A DNA stretch of 59,527 bases, counting the filler, from Basidiobolus ranarum (Eukaryota), in the NCBI GenBank assembly GCA_040143965.1. It is 4 parts of 4 records of this genome, joined end to end, with 100 filler letters (N's around TTAATTAATTAA, not from the genome) between each part and the next. Parts side by side here need not be neighbours in the genome. Positions count along the whole stretch, not along the records: positions 1 to 14,848 come from JASJQH010007284.1; positions 14,949 to 29,776 come from JASJQH010007285.1; 2 more parts are not named here. One strand, given 5' to 3'. Below the pieces are notes generated by a model. It was not told where the DNA came from, did no database searches, and saw nothing but the letters and a program-made list of their open reading frames with translations. Made by a program: the position numbers and the translations under genes. Below are positions 11,854 through 23,941 of the stretch, one piece after another (position 1 is the stretch's first letter; every line of letters begins with the position of its first letter).

Positions 11854-13083
11854 GGCGTAATCACCATTCGTTATGTATAGAATAAAGTAAAGTTAAATGG
11901 GACAAGGTCACGAATAATTAGAAGAGACTAAAGTGTATTTATAACCAATTTGCAGTTCTCTGACCATGGCAAATTTGGAATTTACACCACAGCTGCTAGT
12001 ATGTTACTCAGTCACAAATGTGCTTATCAGTTTGAAGTACTATCTACTTAAATGGTCTGGTCATCAAAGGTGTATGATGTCAGCTAACAGCCTGGGTCAT
12101 TGAGCATTATCTATGAACATCTCAAATAATTGAAAATCAAAGTTAATTAGATGTCGAAATCTCCACTAATGTTAGCTCTTAATCCAGTATGAAATCAAGA
12201 TTTAAACATGTTGGAGGGTGCTTGTGACGGATTAGTAAATGTATGAAGATTTCTTAAACAAAGAGGTTGCCTCTTCATTAGGATTTAATACATGTGCTGC
12301 ACTCACTGCGATGATGAACAATATCCCAACACTACCTGCCAAGAAAGCCTTCACATGTGGATGGACTAGGATCTTGTTTATACCATTTCGGCATGATAAA
12401 AGAGCCAAGGTTACTATGGTAGTTTAATTAAGTTTGTTAACTCCGCATGCACATAATATATTACTACGGGTACATTCGGTTTAACCAACTGTGGGTTTTT
12501 ATACTTATATGATGGCTCTCTTTATGCTCAATGTCACTGAGGGTCTTCTTCCAATACCGTAATGGTAAGAATTTCATATGGGGTGCAATATCTGTGGGTT
12601 AACAAAATGAACATCTTCATTCTTTGTTCTGTAAATACTTGTGTATGACATTTGATACCTAGATGTCGCGCGTAATTACGTCTGGTCTCGTGATCAGTTA
12701 GATAATTTTTGTTATTGGAGCCCTTTCAATTTGTAGTAATTCAATCAGATGACGAATTAACTTGCTTATTTTGATAGTGAAATGGTGCAGGTCTACAAAT
12801 GTCGTGACTTGTCTAAGTGCGCTATGTTGAATAGTAGTATTGGTTAAGACAGCTTTCTAGCAGTGATAGAATCAACCTTCAAACACCTTGCAACAATAAT
12901 ACTGGTGAAACTTTATTTGGTCACCGATTTAAGATATATTTCTACTCTTTAGGATCTTTACGATATCCATATTATATGTTGCAATTTGAATACACTATTA
13001 TTGTGCCGTGATGGCATTATATAGAACTAGGGGTAGTTAAAAAAGGGAAAATACTTATTGACCAAGTTAGAAATTACCTTAGG

Positions 13084-13460
13084 TGTTGTATTAAAGTTTC
13101 TGTACCAAAGAAATAGTTAAGTGCATAGTCTTTGAACTGTTCAAGCGGGGGATCGGTGTTGTAAGCGTTTGAGACAAATTGCAAGTGTTTAGAGTAATTG
13201 GAGAAATATATGATTTGCACTTGTTGATTTATTGAATTAATATAAGTAATTATACATGTATTATGGATGCTGAAGAGCAACAGCAAGGATGTGCTTTGAA
13301 GGGTTCTGAAAGCTGCAGTTAGAGTTGAGAAATTTTAGATGATTTTGAAAATATCTATATTTTCTGAACAATTCAAATAGATTCAAAGAATATATGACAA
13401 TTTAGGGTTATGAAATATTAGCTAATTGATCATTTAGGCTGAATATTGCTGAAATTAGCA
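13084..13460 (-). mobile_element. Probable LTR remnant of a further retroelement family
   Basis: TGTTG...TAGCA ends, adjacent C-rich tract (PPT-like on the minus strand), CpG-poor, abuts the Copia LTR. Confidence 0.35.
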
Positions 13461-13477
13461 TTGCCCACACACCTACA

Positions 13478-14848
13478 TATTAAAGTATTTGGGAGCCTGT
13501 TGGAAGTGGTCTGGAGAATTAGAGGAATTGGTGGTTTTCACTTATTGATTTATTGAGTAGAAAGTTGACATTTATTGTTTTTTCAAGATGTAAACAAACT
13601 AATGTATAGAATGTGTTAACAAAGGTCCCAGGGACATGTGTGCACATTTTGGGGCTTCTAGCACAAGTTTGAAAAATCTATATATCTGAGAACTTCTAAG
13701 TTGTTAGAAATATTCTAAGCAAATTCCTTATGAGAATAATGAATAATATCTTAGTGAATGATAAGATAACTAAATACTAAGCTATATATGACTATATAGA
13801 TGCTTAGGTAATGCTAATTTCAACACTCTCCCTCAACTAAATAGTCATATAAACTAATCCTAATAAAGGTCTAAATTTCTCAAATTTCTGTCTAGCTAAT
13901 GACTTGGTTAATATATCAGCAAACATATCTTATGTAGAACAATAAGTTAAGTCAATAAGCTTATTCTCTATAGTCTCTCTAATGAAGTGATGCTTAATAT
14001 CTATATTTTTGCTTCTATTATGAAATGTGGGATTTTTAGCTAATTTGATGCAATTTTGATTATCTTGAAATATTGTAGTTGGTGAATTTTGAGATTAACT
14101 CAAATCAGTTAAGAGTTTTCTTAAACATATTGCTTCTTTTGTTGCCTCACAGGCAGCCATATATTCAGCTTCAGTTGTCAAAAGTGCTATGGTAGGTTGT
14201 TTCTTAGAATTTCAAGAAACAGCTCTATTTCAGCAAAGAAATAAGTATCCTGTTATAGATCTCTTGTCTTCAATATCTCTTCCCCAATTTGAATCAGAAT
14301 ATCCCATCAGATCAAAGTTTGATCCAGAATATGTGTATCTTAAGCACAGATCCACAATATCTGTCCAATATCTGTAAATCCACTTAACTGCTATGATTGG
14401 ATCAGATCCATAATTTTGAAGATATTGGCATATAACTCCCACAGAATATGCAATATCTGGCCATATTCCAACCATTATATATATGAAACTACCAAACATA
14501 GATTGATAAGGAAATTTCTGGCGTTCTTTTGAATCCAAAAATGTCTGATTTGAACCATTTTTGGTCAAGTTAAGATTTGTCTCTGTTGGGGTAGATACTG
14601 GATTAGATTCTTCCATTTTAAACTTCTTTAGTATAACTAGGATATACTTAGACTGGTTTAAAGTTATTGTTTTGGTAGTTCTATCTATCTTATTTTGGAT
14701 TCCAAGATAGTACATCAGTTCACCAAGATCAGTCCTTTTGAATGTGGCAGAAAAGCTGGATTTGGTTTTCTCCAAAGTCTTCAAGTCATTGGTTGCTATG
14801 ATAAGGTCATCTACATATAAGGATAATAAAACTGGGTGTGTCTTAGTG
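13478..14848 (-). mobile_element. Ty1/Copia family A, 3' end (RT-RNaseH, PPT, 3' LTR 13478-13825), degenerate and cut by a gap
   Basis: DLGELMYYLGIQ, PDIAYSVG and GYSDSNW...SITGY motifs. Purine tract next to the TGTTG LTR start. LTR homologous to 33441-33792 and 57197-57542. Confidence 0.92.
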
Positions 14849-14948
14849 NNNNNNNNNNNNNNNNNNNNNNNNNNNNNNNNNNNNNNNNNNNNTTAATTAA
14901 TTAANNNNNNNNNNNNNNNNNNNNNNNNNNNNNNNNNNNNNNNNNNNN
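14849..14948. other. Assembly gap with TTAATTAATTAA linker
   Basis: N-run with an embedded artificial linker. The same pattern occurs at 29777-29876 and 44658-44757. Confidence 0.97.
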
Positions 14949-15337
14949 AGATTAGGATTAACTGTTGATGATTTCAGGTCGTGCCCAATTTAAATCCTAT
15001 TTATACTTGATAAACATAGACATATTCCTTCTTCTTTGTCTATATTGTGCACAATAACTGAAGATCAACCCTCACACATACGTATCCTATCAAGAGCTAC
15101 TGCACACATATTGTATAGATTCCATAAGATAGGCATGCTATGCAGGTTGGAAGTTTATCATTGTGCGAACAATATTGAATTTATTCAGCAAACAACAAGG
15201 TGCTAAAACTATCCGAATAGTACAATTGAAGAATAATGTCCTGTTATTTTTATTGCCGAAAATTTCCCGATTACTCTCAAATATATATAGCCCAGGTTGA
15301 CATCTTCCAATCCATAATTCAAACGGCTGAAATCAAA

Positions 15338-15697
15338 ATGCGCTCCTTCAATGCAATCTACAGTATGGCTCTCTCTGCATTATTAACGACATTGGTTACT
15401 GCCGAAGTTTCAATTACGCACCCTGTAGCTTCCTCAGAATGGAGCCGAGGAGAGGATGCTACCATTCAGTGGTCTATTGATGCTGCAGACCTTGCCGAGA
15501 CCCTCACAATCGAACTTCGTGAAGGGCCAAAGGCCAACCTAGCTCTTGCTTATACAATTGCCCAGGATGTGGATGCTAACGAGGAGTCCCATGACTGGAT
15601 GGTTCCAATGGATTTGGCGCCTGGAGACACATACTCCATTCGTGTGATCACTGACACAGGCAGCGACCGCTACAGCCACTACTTCAAGATCAAATGA
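15338..15697 (+). CDS. Secreted Kre9/Knh1-N-like (Ig-like) single-domain protein
   Basis: Signal peptide MRSFNAIYSMALSALLTTLVTA, then ITHP...W..G....IQW...I.L..G...W.VP.DL.PG..YSIRV...YSHYFKI, the typical Kre9/GPI-anchored domain pattern. Confidence 0.8.
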   Translation: MRSFNAIYSMALSALLTTLVTAEVSITHPVASSEWSRGEDATIQWSIDAADLAETLTIELREGPKANLALAYTIAQDVDANEESHDWMVPMDLAPGDTYSIRVITDTGSDRYSHYFKIK

Positions 15698-16492
15698 GTA
15701 TATCCGCATGTCACTATAGCGCTTTTCTTTCTTACACTTGCAATGTCTTCTAGATACCGAACTAAACCCACTTCTGTTTACTCGAAATATCAAATAAGAC
15801 ATTAATTCTTTTTTTTTGAGTCAAGCTTGGCATTGTCAAATACAATTCAGTTTTAATATGTGTAGATCTAGTTGTTTTGTCAGGATTGAAAACTAAGCTT
15901 AGAATCATTAACTCTGTTGTTGACTAAATAATTTCTGAAATTTGTCAGATCAATCAGTATAAAGCCATTGTTTATCACAGATTTCTATATCAAATTATTA
16001 TATGAAAAATTCACTTTGGTTTTACTTTCAGACATATGTAACATGATACATATACAGAAAGATACTTTCTAACTGCTAACAATGTTGCTTCAAATTGATA
16101 ATCAGTAGATACCATCGTTCCATCATCATCCAAAATGTTTCGTTATCTCTAGAAGGGCAATATAGATATCGACATCTAAACACCGGGAAACACAATCGCA
16201 CAATGAATCCGACACCTAATTTATTGTAGTTGAAATGGGGAATTTAATTGACAAGAATTATTAGAATCAATAGTGGCGAATCTACTATCATATGTATCTA
16301 TCCAGAGCCTCACGGTGAATCCACTCGTTGCTTCCAAATAGGAAATAGCCGGAAATATCAGGGGTGATATTATGGTTGGTAAGAAGATACATAGAGCTAT
16401 CCTAGATAAATAACCATGAAGGAAACATTTCTTTTCAATGTTCTGATAAAAGGTTATATCAAAATAGGTATGGATCTATCCAAGTTGTCTAG

Positions 16493-17474
16493 CTAGTGAG
16501 AGCGTTGGGTTTCCTTCAGAATGATCTCCTCTAGCGCAGTCATTTTTTTAGGCTTTACTGAAGATGTGTTTACCGCACTATTTGAAAGGGGGTTCTTCTT
16601 TGAAATACCGGCTAGCGCTTTTAGTCCACCTTTTTTGATCTCTGGTTTTTTAATTGTCTTTTTCATGGTAAAGTTAAGCTTGATTTTCTCGTTTTCATTG
16701 TCGCGTTGAAGAGTCGTAAATTGAGGTTCAGACTCTTGACTTTGATCCTGACTTTTAGCACGAGCTATTTGCTCAGCGATAAGTTTCTTCTCTCTTTCCT
16801 CATCATTCATAGATGTACGTTCTTTCTTTTGTATAGCAGCCTACATTGTATTATAGTATAAGTTAAGATAAATTATATATGTTAAAGAACTAAGACTTAC
16901 CTGACGTGCTAGAGCTTTAGGACTACGGTCAATCCAGGTGATAAACCATCCACGCTCCGTCTCATCAACCTCGCAAAGACCTTCTTTACCAAGGTAGGTA
17001 ACAAACTCGGTTAAGGAGGACCATTTAGTGGCGTTCATGTGTAAATGGTGTCTATCACTGATAAGCTCTTGATACACTTGATTGGCAAAGGTACGCTTCG
17101 TTCCATGCCTGAAAAAAAAATATTTATTAAACTCAAACGAAATGAAAATAATATAGGCACCCTTTACCTTTGAGACAGCAATTTAACAAACTCACTCAAA
17201 AATTCTTGAGAAAAGCTTTCAAGGAATTTTTGTGGACTATCACCGAATAACTTCATTTGTCTTTGATGACTCTCTGAGGAGCAATGACACTATAAGAATA
17301 TGTGTTAAATCAAAATTTCGTTCAGTCGAATTGATTATAATCTCTTACTTTGAATCCGTTCTCATCTCTGCACTGTTTTTGACACATTTGACAGTACCAT
17401 CTTAATTTTTGCAAGCCTTTTGACTTGATCCTGTTTGCAATTGCCTTTGGTGTTAAGAAATCCCCCTTTCCCAT
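16493..17474 (-). CDS. KIN17: KIN17/Rts2 DNA/RNA-binding zinc-finger protein, 4 exons
   Basis: MGKGGFLTPKAIANRIKSKGLQKLRWYCQMCQKQCRDENGFK and YQELISDRHHLHMNATKWSSLTEFVTYLG. GT-AG introns. Confidence 0.95.
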
Positions 17475-18314
17475 GTTTGTATCGTTTGTGAGCCAAAATG
17501 TTAGAATGAACCTTGTATTCTAAGACGACATGCACTTCACGTGACGCTTCAATCAGAATGACCATGTTTTTTTCACTTACCTCATGATTAATCGAATACG
17601 ATGGCAAGCTTACTATTAATCGATGATTTCGAAACACAGGTACTGCGGGAACCATTAGGTCATTAGTGATACATGGTCAATAAACTAAGCAATCGGTATG
17701 TGTGACATACTGCGCGAAAACTCGCGTCTGAGGGGCTGAAACGGAGTTGTGTATGTGTTAGTAAAAACAACAGCGACAAATGATACTGGCGCATACAATC
17801 GCGATGTTCGATTTATGACCGTCCTCCACCTTATTGGTTGTACCGCTGTTTGTATGATCAAGATAATTGGCCAATGATCTGGGTTAGATATGCTTGTATG
17901 CTTTCCCTAACAGGGCTCAGTCTGTGACCCTAACCCTACAGTCCTGATACGACTCAATCCACCCCTAATCCTATATTCTCCAGCCAATTCTAACCCAGAT
18001 GCGATTAAATAAGGAAAATAAATATTTATTATAGTATCTATAATAGTATTCTCAAGTCAACGTTTGATGGCATGTCTTGGGAGTTGCCACGCTTCATGTG
18101 ATCGTAAGAAAGTTTTTTAGAGCCAAGACGTTGCTCGGGAACTCTTAAAATTTCATATTAAGGTGGAAATTCTCTTATTATGATTTGGATTCGTATTAAG
18201 TATTTTCACTTTACATTCCTTATTCGTATCACCTAAATTTCGTTAAACAAAACCGTCCAACATTTCATAAACGCGAGATTATATTGAACCATCTATACAC
18301 TATCATTTGACATA

Positions 18315-19140
18315 ATGAATTTACTCACAAGACCTAACTTACCCTTTCATAAAAAACCTGCAAAGCAAAATAATATTCAAGGTTTTCGCAACCTTGGCTT
18401 ACATTCTGCTGCCGCTTCCGGTAATCTAGGTCTTGTCAAGTTTGCGTTAGATCAAGGTCAACCTATCGATTCGGTAGTTCATGGCTTATTGCCAATCCAT
18501 GCTGCTTGTTGTTCGGGTAATGCTGTTGTAGTTGAATATTTAGTCCAAAGAGGGGCTGATGTTAATTGTCGAAGGTAAGCCTTTTTTACATGTCTCGTGC
18601 GATGCATAGGGACAATCGTTATTTCTGAAGGAAACTGAGATTAATGATGTTTTCTAATTCTCCAGTTACTCGAAGCACTATACTGGAGTTCATGATGTTA
18701 TGCGAGGAAATAGCCAACATCATGGTACCTCTGCTCTCCACTTCGCCGTAGCAAAAGGCGACCTTGAGACTGTGGAGATTTTACTTCGTTATGGTGCTTT
18801 AGTGGATACTAGAGATAAATATGGGTGTACACCTCTCAATGTTGCTGAAGCCAGACAGTTTATGGAGATCCGGCATCACTTACTCAACGCCGGAAACCCA
18901 ACTCCTTCTATCAACTCCAATAGAAAAGATTCTGACCCTTTACTTAACGATCCCAAGTTAATTAAAGAAAGATCAGAGTCTTCAACAAGTTCGATAGTCT
19001 CATCCCTCTCGCAGACCAAAAGACGCTTATATAGATGTAAAAGTCTGCCCCATCTGATCCGGAATCGATTGGGTAGATTGAGAAGTCGTTCTGATCCTGG
19101 AACCCGTTCCAGCTCTTGGATACTGCAAGGTTCAGATTAA
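18315..19140 (+). CDS. Ankyrin-repeat protein, 2 exons
   Basis: LHSAAASGN, PIHAACCSGN, ALHFAVAKGD and GCTPL repeats. Intron 18575-18665 joins the two ORFs in frame. Confidence 0.9.
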
Positions 19141-20087
19141 ACTTCTCCTTCACTTTTCCATATTTGAGCAGATGTGGAACGGTGACCCTGTACAGATATA
19201 TCGAGATTATTAGATATATTTTGCATGTTAAAGTTTGGTTTTGTATACTTTTACTGTCTTTTATGAAATTTCTTGTTCACCACCAATTTACTCACCCTTT
19301 GTCCATTTCTTCGTAGATGATGTAGATATTTAGTATAGATCTGTGCACGATTATTTGTCCAAATTTAGTGGATTTTTTTCAATTGCTTTTACTCCATGTA
19401 TTTTGCCAGGTTCGGGGAACCATCTATGTCTGGAACATAACCATTTGTTTTGCATCAAAACGTAGCCCGTGTATTCAGCATATCTGTTAGCATTCAATAA
19501 ACTCGGCTATTCAAGCCATTCTAGTGTAAAGGTTGGAGTTATGTAAGGTTCAAGCCATTCTAAATGTAAAGGTTCGCAAGTTAAATATTGCACAACATGG
19601 CTGCATTCCAGCAGAGCCGATTATGCCTACACTACGCATCGACAACACTAGACATATATATTTGAGATCACCGAAGGCAGGGGAGGGTGTAGGCCAATTT
19701 CCCCGATACTCTATCGTGAAACGAAACGGAGGGTAATAAGAACGGAAATTGCAATGGCAGAACTGCCCCTGGAGAAATAAGTCCAAGTGTGTAAGTGATC
19801 CGGAGCATTGTTCAATGTATGACCGAGCTCATTTTGCATAGTCAAATCTAATATAGGAATTTTTGGAAGTGATGGTTTCAGGAGTGAATGCATTCCTGGC
19901 CCTATCTACATTTCAAGCTAATATTACTTTTACTAAGGAGGCCCAGTGATTGCGAATATAAAGGGAGGACAGTAGACGGAGAAGATCCTAACCATATTGG
20001 ATTGATTCATTTTTTTTCAAAGTCCCCTGTTTTATTTCAACCCAACTCAATCAACGTCCATTCATTGTAGAATTTGCTTCAAAAATC

Positions 20088-20735
20088 ATGAAATTATTGT
20101 GTTTCTTGGGTGTTTTTGGTCTTTACTTGGCTGGAGTTTCAGCGTGTGAAAAAGAATGCAAAATTGCCATGGATAACGAATTTGCTTCTCTATATACTCC
20201 AGTCATTCGGGAACAGTTTCACGGCCTTGACAACAATATGGTAGCTACTCTGAGCCCACAGGTGAAAGAGTTTCCCGAGTTAGAGAAGATAATCGGTAAC
20301 GCAGTAGATAGTATTCGCCAAGAAACTGAGCGGGAGCTGAAAAACATCATGCATCACGGAATATTTGACAAGTATCATGCCAGATGTTATCGTACCGAGT
20401 TAGAAGGTTGTCCTAATTACTATTGTGAGGAAGTATGCGGTTCACCAGGTTCAATAATCTACTACTTAAGCGATGTCCTTGAGAGAACACGTCTGGGAGT
20501 AGTGGAGAAACTGCAAATGCTTACGGAAGAGGGCGGTAATTTTGAACTGGAGTTCTGGAAACAGGCTGAGGTTGTCTTAAACAGGAAGTATGATACTGCG
20601 ACCATTGAGAACTTGAAGTCGACTCTTCGACAAGAGATAGATACTTTCCATCAATCTGTTGAGCAATTATGTTCATCTGATTGCTTCGAGAAATGGAGTC
20701 CGGATTTGACTGCTAAACTACAGACATTTGATTGA
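20088..20735 (+). CDS. Secreted Cys-containing protein of unknown function
   Basis: Signal peptide, CxxxC at the mature start, GCPNYYCEEVCGSPGS motif, C-terminal CxxxC. Intronless. Confidence 0.8.
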   Translation: MKLLCFLGVFGLYLAGVSACEKECKIAMDNEFASLYTPVIREQFHGLDNNMVATLSPQVKEFPELEKIIGNAVDSIRQETERELKNIMHHGIFDKYHARCYRTELEGCPNYYCEEVCGSPGSIIYYLSDVLERTRLGVVEKLQMLTEEGGNFELEFWKQAEVVLNRKYDTATIENLKSTLRQEIDTFHQSVEQLCSSDCFEKWSPDLTAKLQTFD

Positions 20736-21186
20736 GAAATGAAGTTATTTATTCTAATAGTTATTTAAGTCTCCCCCCCCCCAAATCTCCCCAATCCCTT
20801 CATATTATATCTTCCTTAAGTTGACATATAAAAGTCTTTCTGGATCTAGACCAATATTCATTAAATCACATTAGATTCGCTTTCATCTACTTCAGATTTT
20901 GTACCTGAGCAAGACCACATCTATATATAATATTACCCTGTGTTTTCATACTTCTGTCCATATTCAGGGAGACAATTGAGTTTCTAAATATATTAGTGCC
21001 TCTTCTTGAAACAAATACACTAATGAACAAGGTAACGGTGGTGGCTTAAGTCAAAGACTTGTAAATTTTCGAAACAATAAGTTTATTCGTAAAATGAGTG
21101 CTAAATAAAATGAATGCTAAATAAGATGAAAGTCTACTATTGAGGGTATGCTCGTATAATAATTAGTGGAATATTAGATGAAATAA

Positions 21187-21714
21187 TTAGGTATGCCAGA
21201 GAAACTTGACTCCTGGACCTAATCTGAAGGTAGTATAGGTCTTTACGTATGGACCACCTCGCCTACCAACTTTCCAGTTGTAGTTTGAAGTGTGAACTGT
21301 ACCATCCCTATTGAATGCTTCTACAACTGCCACATGCCCCGTAACACCACAATTCTGAACATTCGGTTGGATAACAATTAAAGAAGGAATCTTTGGTGTG
21401 TTGGAAACTACCCATCCATTGGTTCTTGCAGCCTTTAAAGGCCAGTAGCGTGCATCACCCCACCATTCTGTGTGGTATCCACTCAATTGGAAGTATCTAG
21501 CGTCGGCCCAATCTGTACACTGGCCGTTCTTAAAGCGAAATTCAAGGTACGGGTTGTTTGATTTACCGCGGTTCTTTGGCGGGTATCTATTCCTCATCCC
21601 ACCACGACCGCGATTGGGTGAACGGTTGTTAGACTGAGGAAAGTTCATGGGCTGTTCCACAGCTAAGGCGCTTGAAAATAAAAGCGTAAATATCAGCAGG
21701 TATCGAAATAGCAT
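21187..21714 (-). CDS. Secreted CHAP-domain (Cys/His amidohydrolase/peptidase) protein
   Basis: Signal peptide, basic linker, GQCTDWA (catalytic Cys), WGDARYW, GHVAVVE (catalytic His), SNYN. Intronless. Confidence 0.9.
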   Translation of the reverse strand: MLFRYLLIFTLLFSSALAVEQPMNFPQSNNRSPNRGRGGMRNRYPPKNRGKSNNPYLEFRFKNGQCTDWADARYFQLSGYHTEWWGDARYWPLKAARTNGWVVSNTPKIPSLIVIQPNVQNCGVTGHVAVVEAFNRDGTVHTSNYNWKVGRRGGPYVKTYTTFRLGPGVKFLWHT

Positions 21715-22384
21715 TATAGAGCAAAGTTCAAGGGCAGAGCAGGATAGGATGGGTATATGAAGCTAGGGCAGAATAAAAATGAATTTGGAGGTTATCTTGA
21801 TCATGAAACTTATATATTGGAGAAGGTGATTAAAATTCCGGTCATCTTGAACTGAACAACAATATTCCAATCCACATTAATCTCCGTAACATTGTCCACT
21901 TTCTGAATATCACCAGTTGAATCGCGTTTGTGGCAGTTAGGTTTGACTGGAAAAACATTATGATCGGATTTGTGAACAATACGGGCCATTTCAACCTTAT
22001 TGCTTGTCAAATATTGTGCTGTAATGGGATGATGTTTCTTCATTCGTTACTGTTGCTTGCTCATTGCATAGTCTCGCTGGTAGTTCCACAGCACTAGCAG
22101 CATTTCATGATTCGAAGTGCGCTAAACGCTATGATCCTCACAGGTAACACAGTAACAACCAAACAATTCAAGGAAATCAACGATGTACGGAAGTTTCTGC
22201 ATCATTGCGTTGTAGATTCTTCATCATTGTGCTATAGATGGATCTTCCTCATACCATTGAATAATGCAAGCAAATTCATGTTTAAAGTTTATTTTTCCTA
22301 AATATCAGATATCGACTACTCTAATAATAAAAGCAACATATATTTCTCTAAGATAATAAATAAAGGTGCCACCAAATACTGGTC

Positions 22385-23941
22385 TTAATAAACATTATAA
22401 TCATTCGAGCTAGGCTTAGCCTTACTACCAAAGCCACTAACATCTGCTGTTTGATACACATCCTGCATTGATGCTTCTGATCCAGCAGGATGATCTCCTC
22501 CAACTTCTCCGCCTTCAATACCTGAATCTAATCCACTTGTGTTGTGCGGAGTGTACTTTCCGGCCTTTCCATAGACGGCATCACCACCCTTCGGATCTAC
22601 TCCCTTCTCACCTGAGCCGAGTCCACTGTTTGGGTTTAGATTGGATGTAGATGAGTCTCCATTGGGTGCACTGTAGTTATCATGGTTCATTTTATCCATG
22701 GGATTCAAGTCATGACTTTCGCATCCATCACCATTCACATGTTCACCCATTGCAGCAATGTGATTGTTAGGGCCATCATCTCCACTACCTTGCTTCTCAG
22801 ATTCATTGCTGCTGGCTTCATACGTATCTCCGTGATTCTTACCAGATGGCTCACTGTTTTCGGGATAACTATCGCTATCACTTTGAAGGCCCTTGGTGGA
22901 ATCCGCTTGAGAATCGTCATTATACTCATCATTGGTATTTGAGTGAATATCTTCATTGAAGTCAGACTTATCAGGGCCACTATTATCTTGGTAACTCGTT
23001 TCTTCCTCATGACCCTCTTCATATCCTCCCGAGTTTGACTCTTCCTCGTTTGCTTCATCGTGGTCACTAGTTGTTTCCGAAGTGCCATGCTCTAAACCAC
23101 CATTATAATCATTGTCGCCACCCGCATCTAGGAACTGATCATCATTGCTTTCAATGCTGTCGTCGTATTTATTCTCTTCTTCAGGCTCTGAGCTGCCACC
23201 GATTTCGCCTTCATGAGTATCAATATCATTTCCAGAAGCATCACTCATGTCATCATAATGGCTCGGTTCCTCTGGCTGATCATATCCGGGTGTATCAGTA
23301 CTATGGTTCTTTTCATAATTTCCATCAACGCTACCATCAGAACTGGGTATACCGTTATCATAATTTGAGGAATTTGGTGGCGCATTATCAGTATTGAGAT
23401 GACTGATATTCTCATTATTTGGTGGCGCATTATCAGTATTGAGATGACTGATATTCTCATTATCTACATCAGGTCCTTTGGTAGATTTAGATTTACGGCA
23501 CTTCCTTGGCTTTTTCTTATTATTTGTACCTTGTTTACCCTCGGTACCGCCGACACTTTTAAGTGGTGCAACATCTCCATAGGTATTAGGTAATTCTCCT
23601 TTGATACCAACATTCTTATCACCGATTCCTGGGCCTCCTGGATAATAGTCCCCAGCACCATCTCCCAGGATGGGTTTACTGGGATTGATATTATCTAAAG
23701 CACCGTAGGTGTTGCTGGTATCATAAGTCATAGAAATGCCTTCAGTTGACATGTTGTTCCCGGTATCATTCATATTTTGATTATATCCATCACCATGAGT
23801 TGTATTCTCTTTTGAGATCGGACTATCGTGAGTTTGAACGCTGTTTCCGTGATCTACACCATTATGTCTTTTAATCACTGCCGCTTGAACTGCAACGATA
23901 CTGGAGAAAGCGAAGAGGATGCGGGCTGAAGACAATTTCAT
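22385..23941 (-). CDS. Secreted low-complexity acidic (D/E/N/G/S-rich) protein
   Basis: 518-aa ORF, signal peptide followed by a KR site, disordered composition, internal 15-aa duplication. Confidence 0.8.
   Translation of the reverse strand: MKLSSARILFAFSSIVAVQAAVIKRHNGVDHGNSVQTHDSPISKENTTHGDGYNQNMNDTGNNMSTEGISMTYDTSNTYGALDNINPSKPILGDGAGDYYPGGPGIGDKNVGIKGELPNTYGDVAPLKSVGGTEGKQGTNNKKKPRKCRKSKSTKGPDVDNENISHLNTDNAPPNNENISHLNTDNAPPNSSNYDNGIPSSDGSVDGNYEKNHSTDTPGYDQPEEPSHYDDMSDASGNDIDTHEGEIGGSSEPEEENKYDDSIESNDDQFLDAGGDNDYNGGLEHGTSETTSDHDEANEEESNSGGYEEGHEEETSYQDNSGPDKSDFNEDIHSNTNDEYNDDSQADSTKGLQSDSDSYPENSEPSGKNHGDTYEASSNESEKQGSGDDGPNNHIAAMGEHVNGDGCESHDLNPMDKMNHDNYSAPNGDSSTSNLNPNSGLGSGEKGVDPKGGDAVYGKAGKYTPHNTSGLDSGIEGGEVGGDHPAGSEASMQDVYQTADVSGFGSKAKPSSNDYNVY
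23372..23463. repeat. Perfect 45-bp coding tandem duplication (NENISHLNTDNAPPN x2)
   Basis: Identical units start at 23372 and 23417. Confidence 0.9.

Noticed and set aside
12230-12430. Possible small hydrophobic exon on the minus strand
   Set aside because: No start codon or consistent spliced model could be built.
14849-14948. TTAATTAATTAA palindrome within N-runs (three places)
   Set aside because: Artificial scaffold linker.
19509-19575. Direct repeat TTCAAGCCATTCTA..TGTAAAGGTT x2
   Set aside because: Two copies only, an ordinary local duplication.
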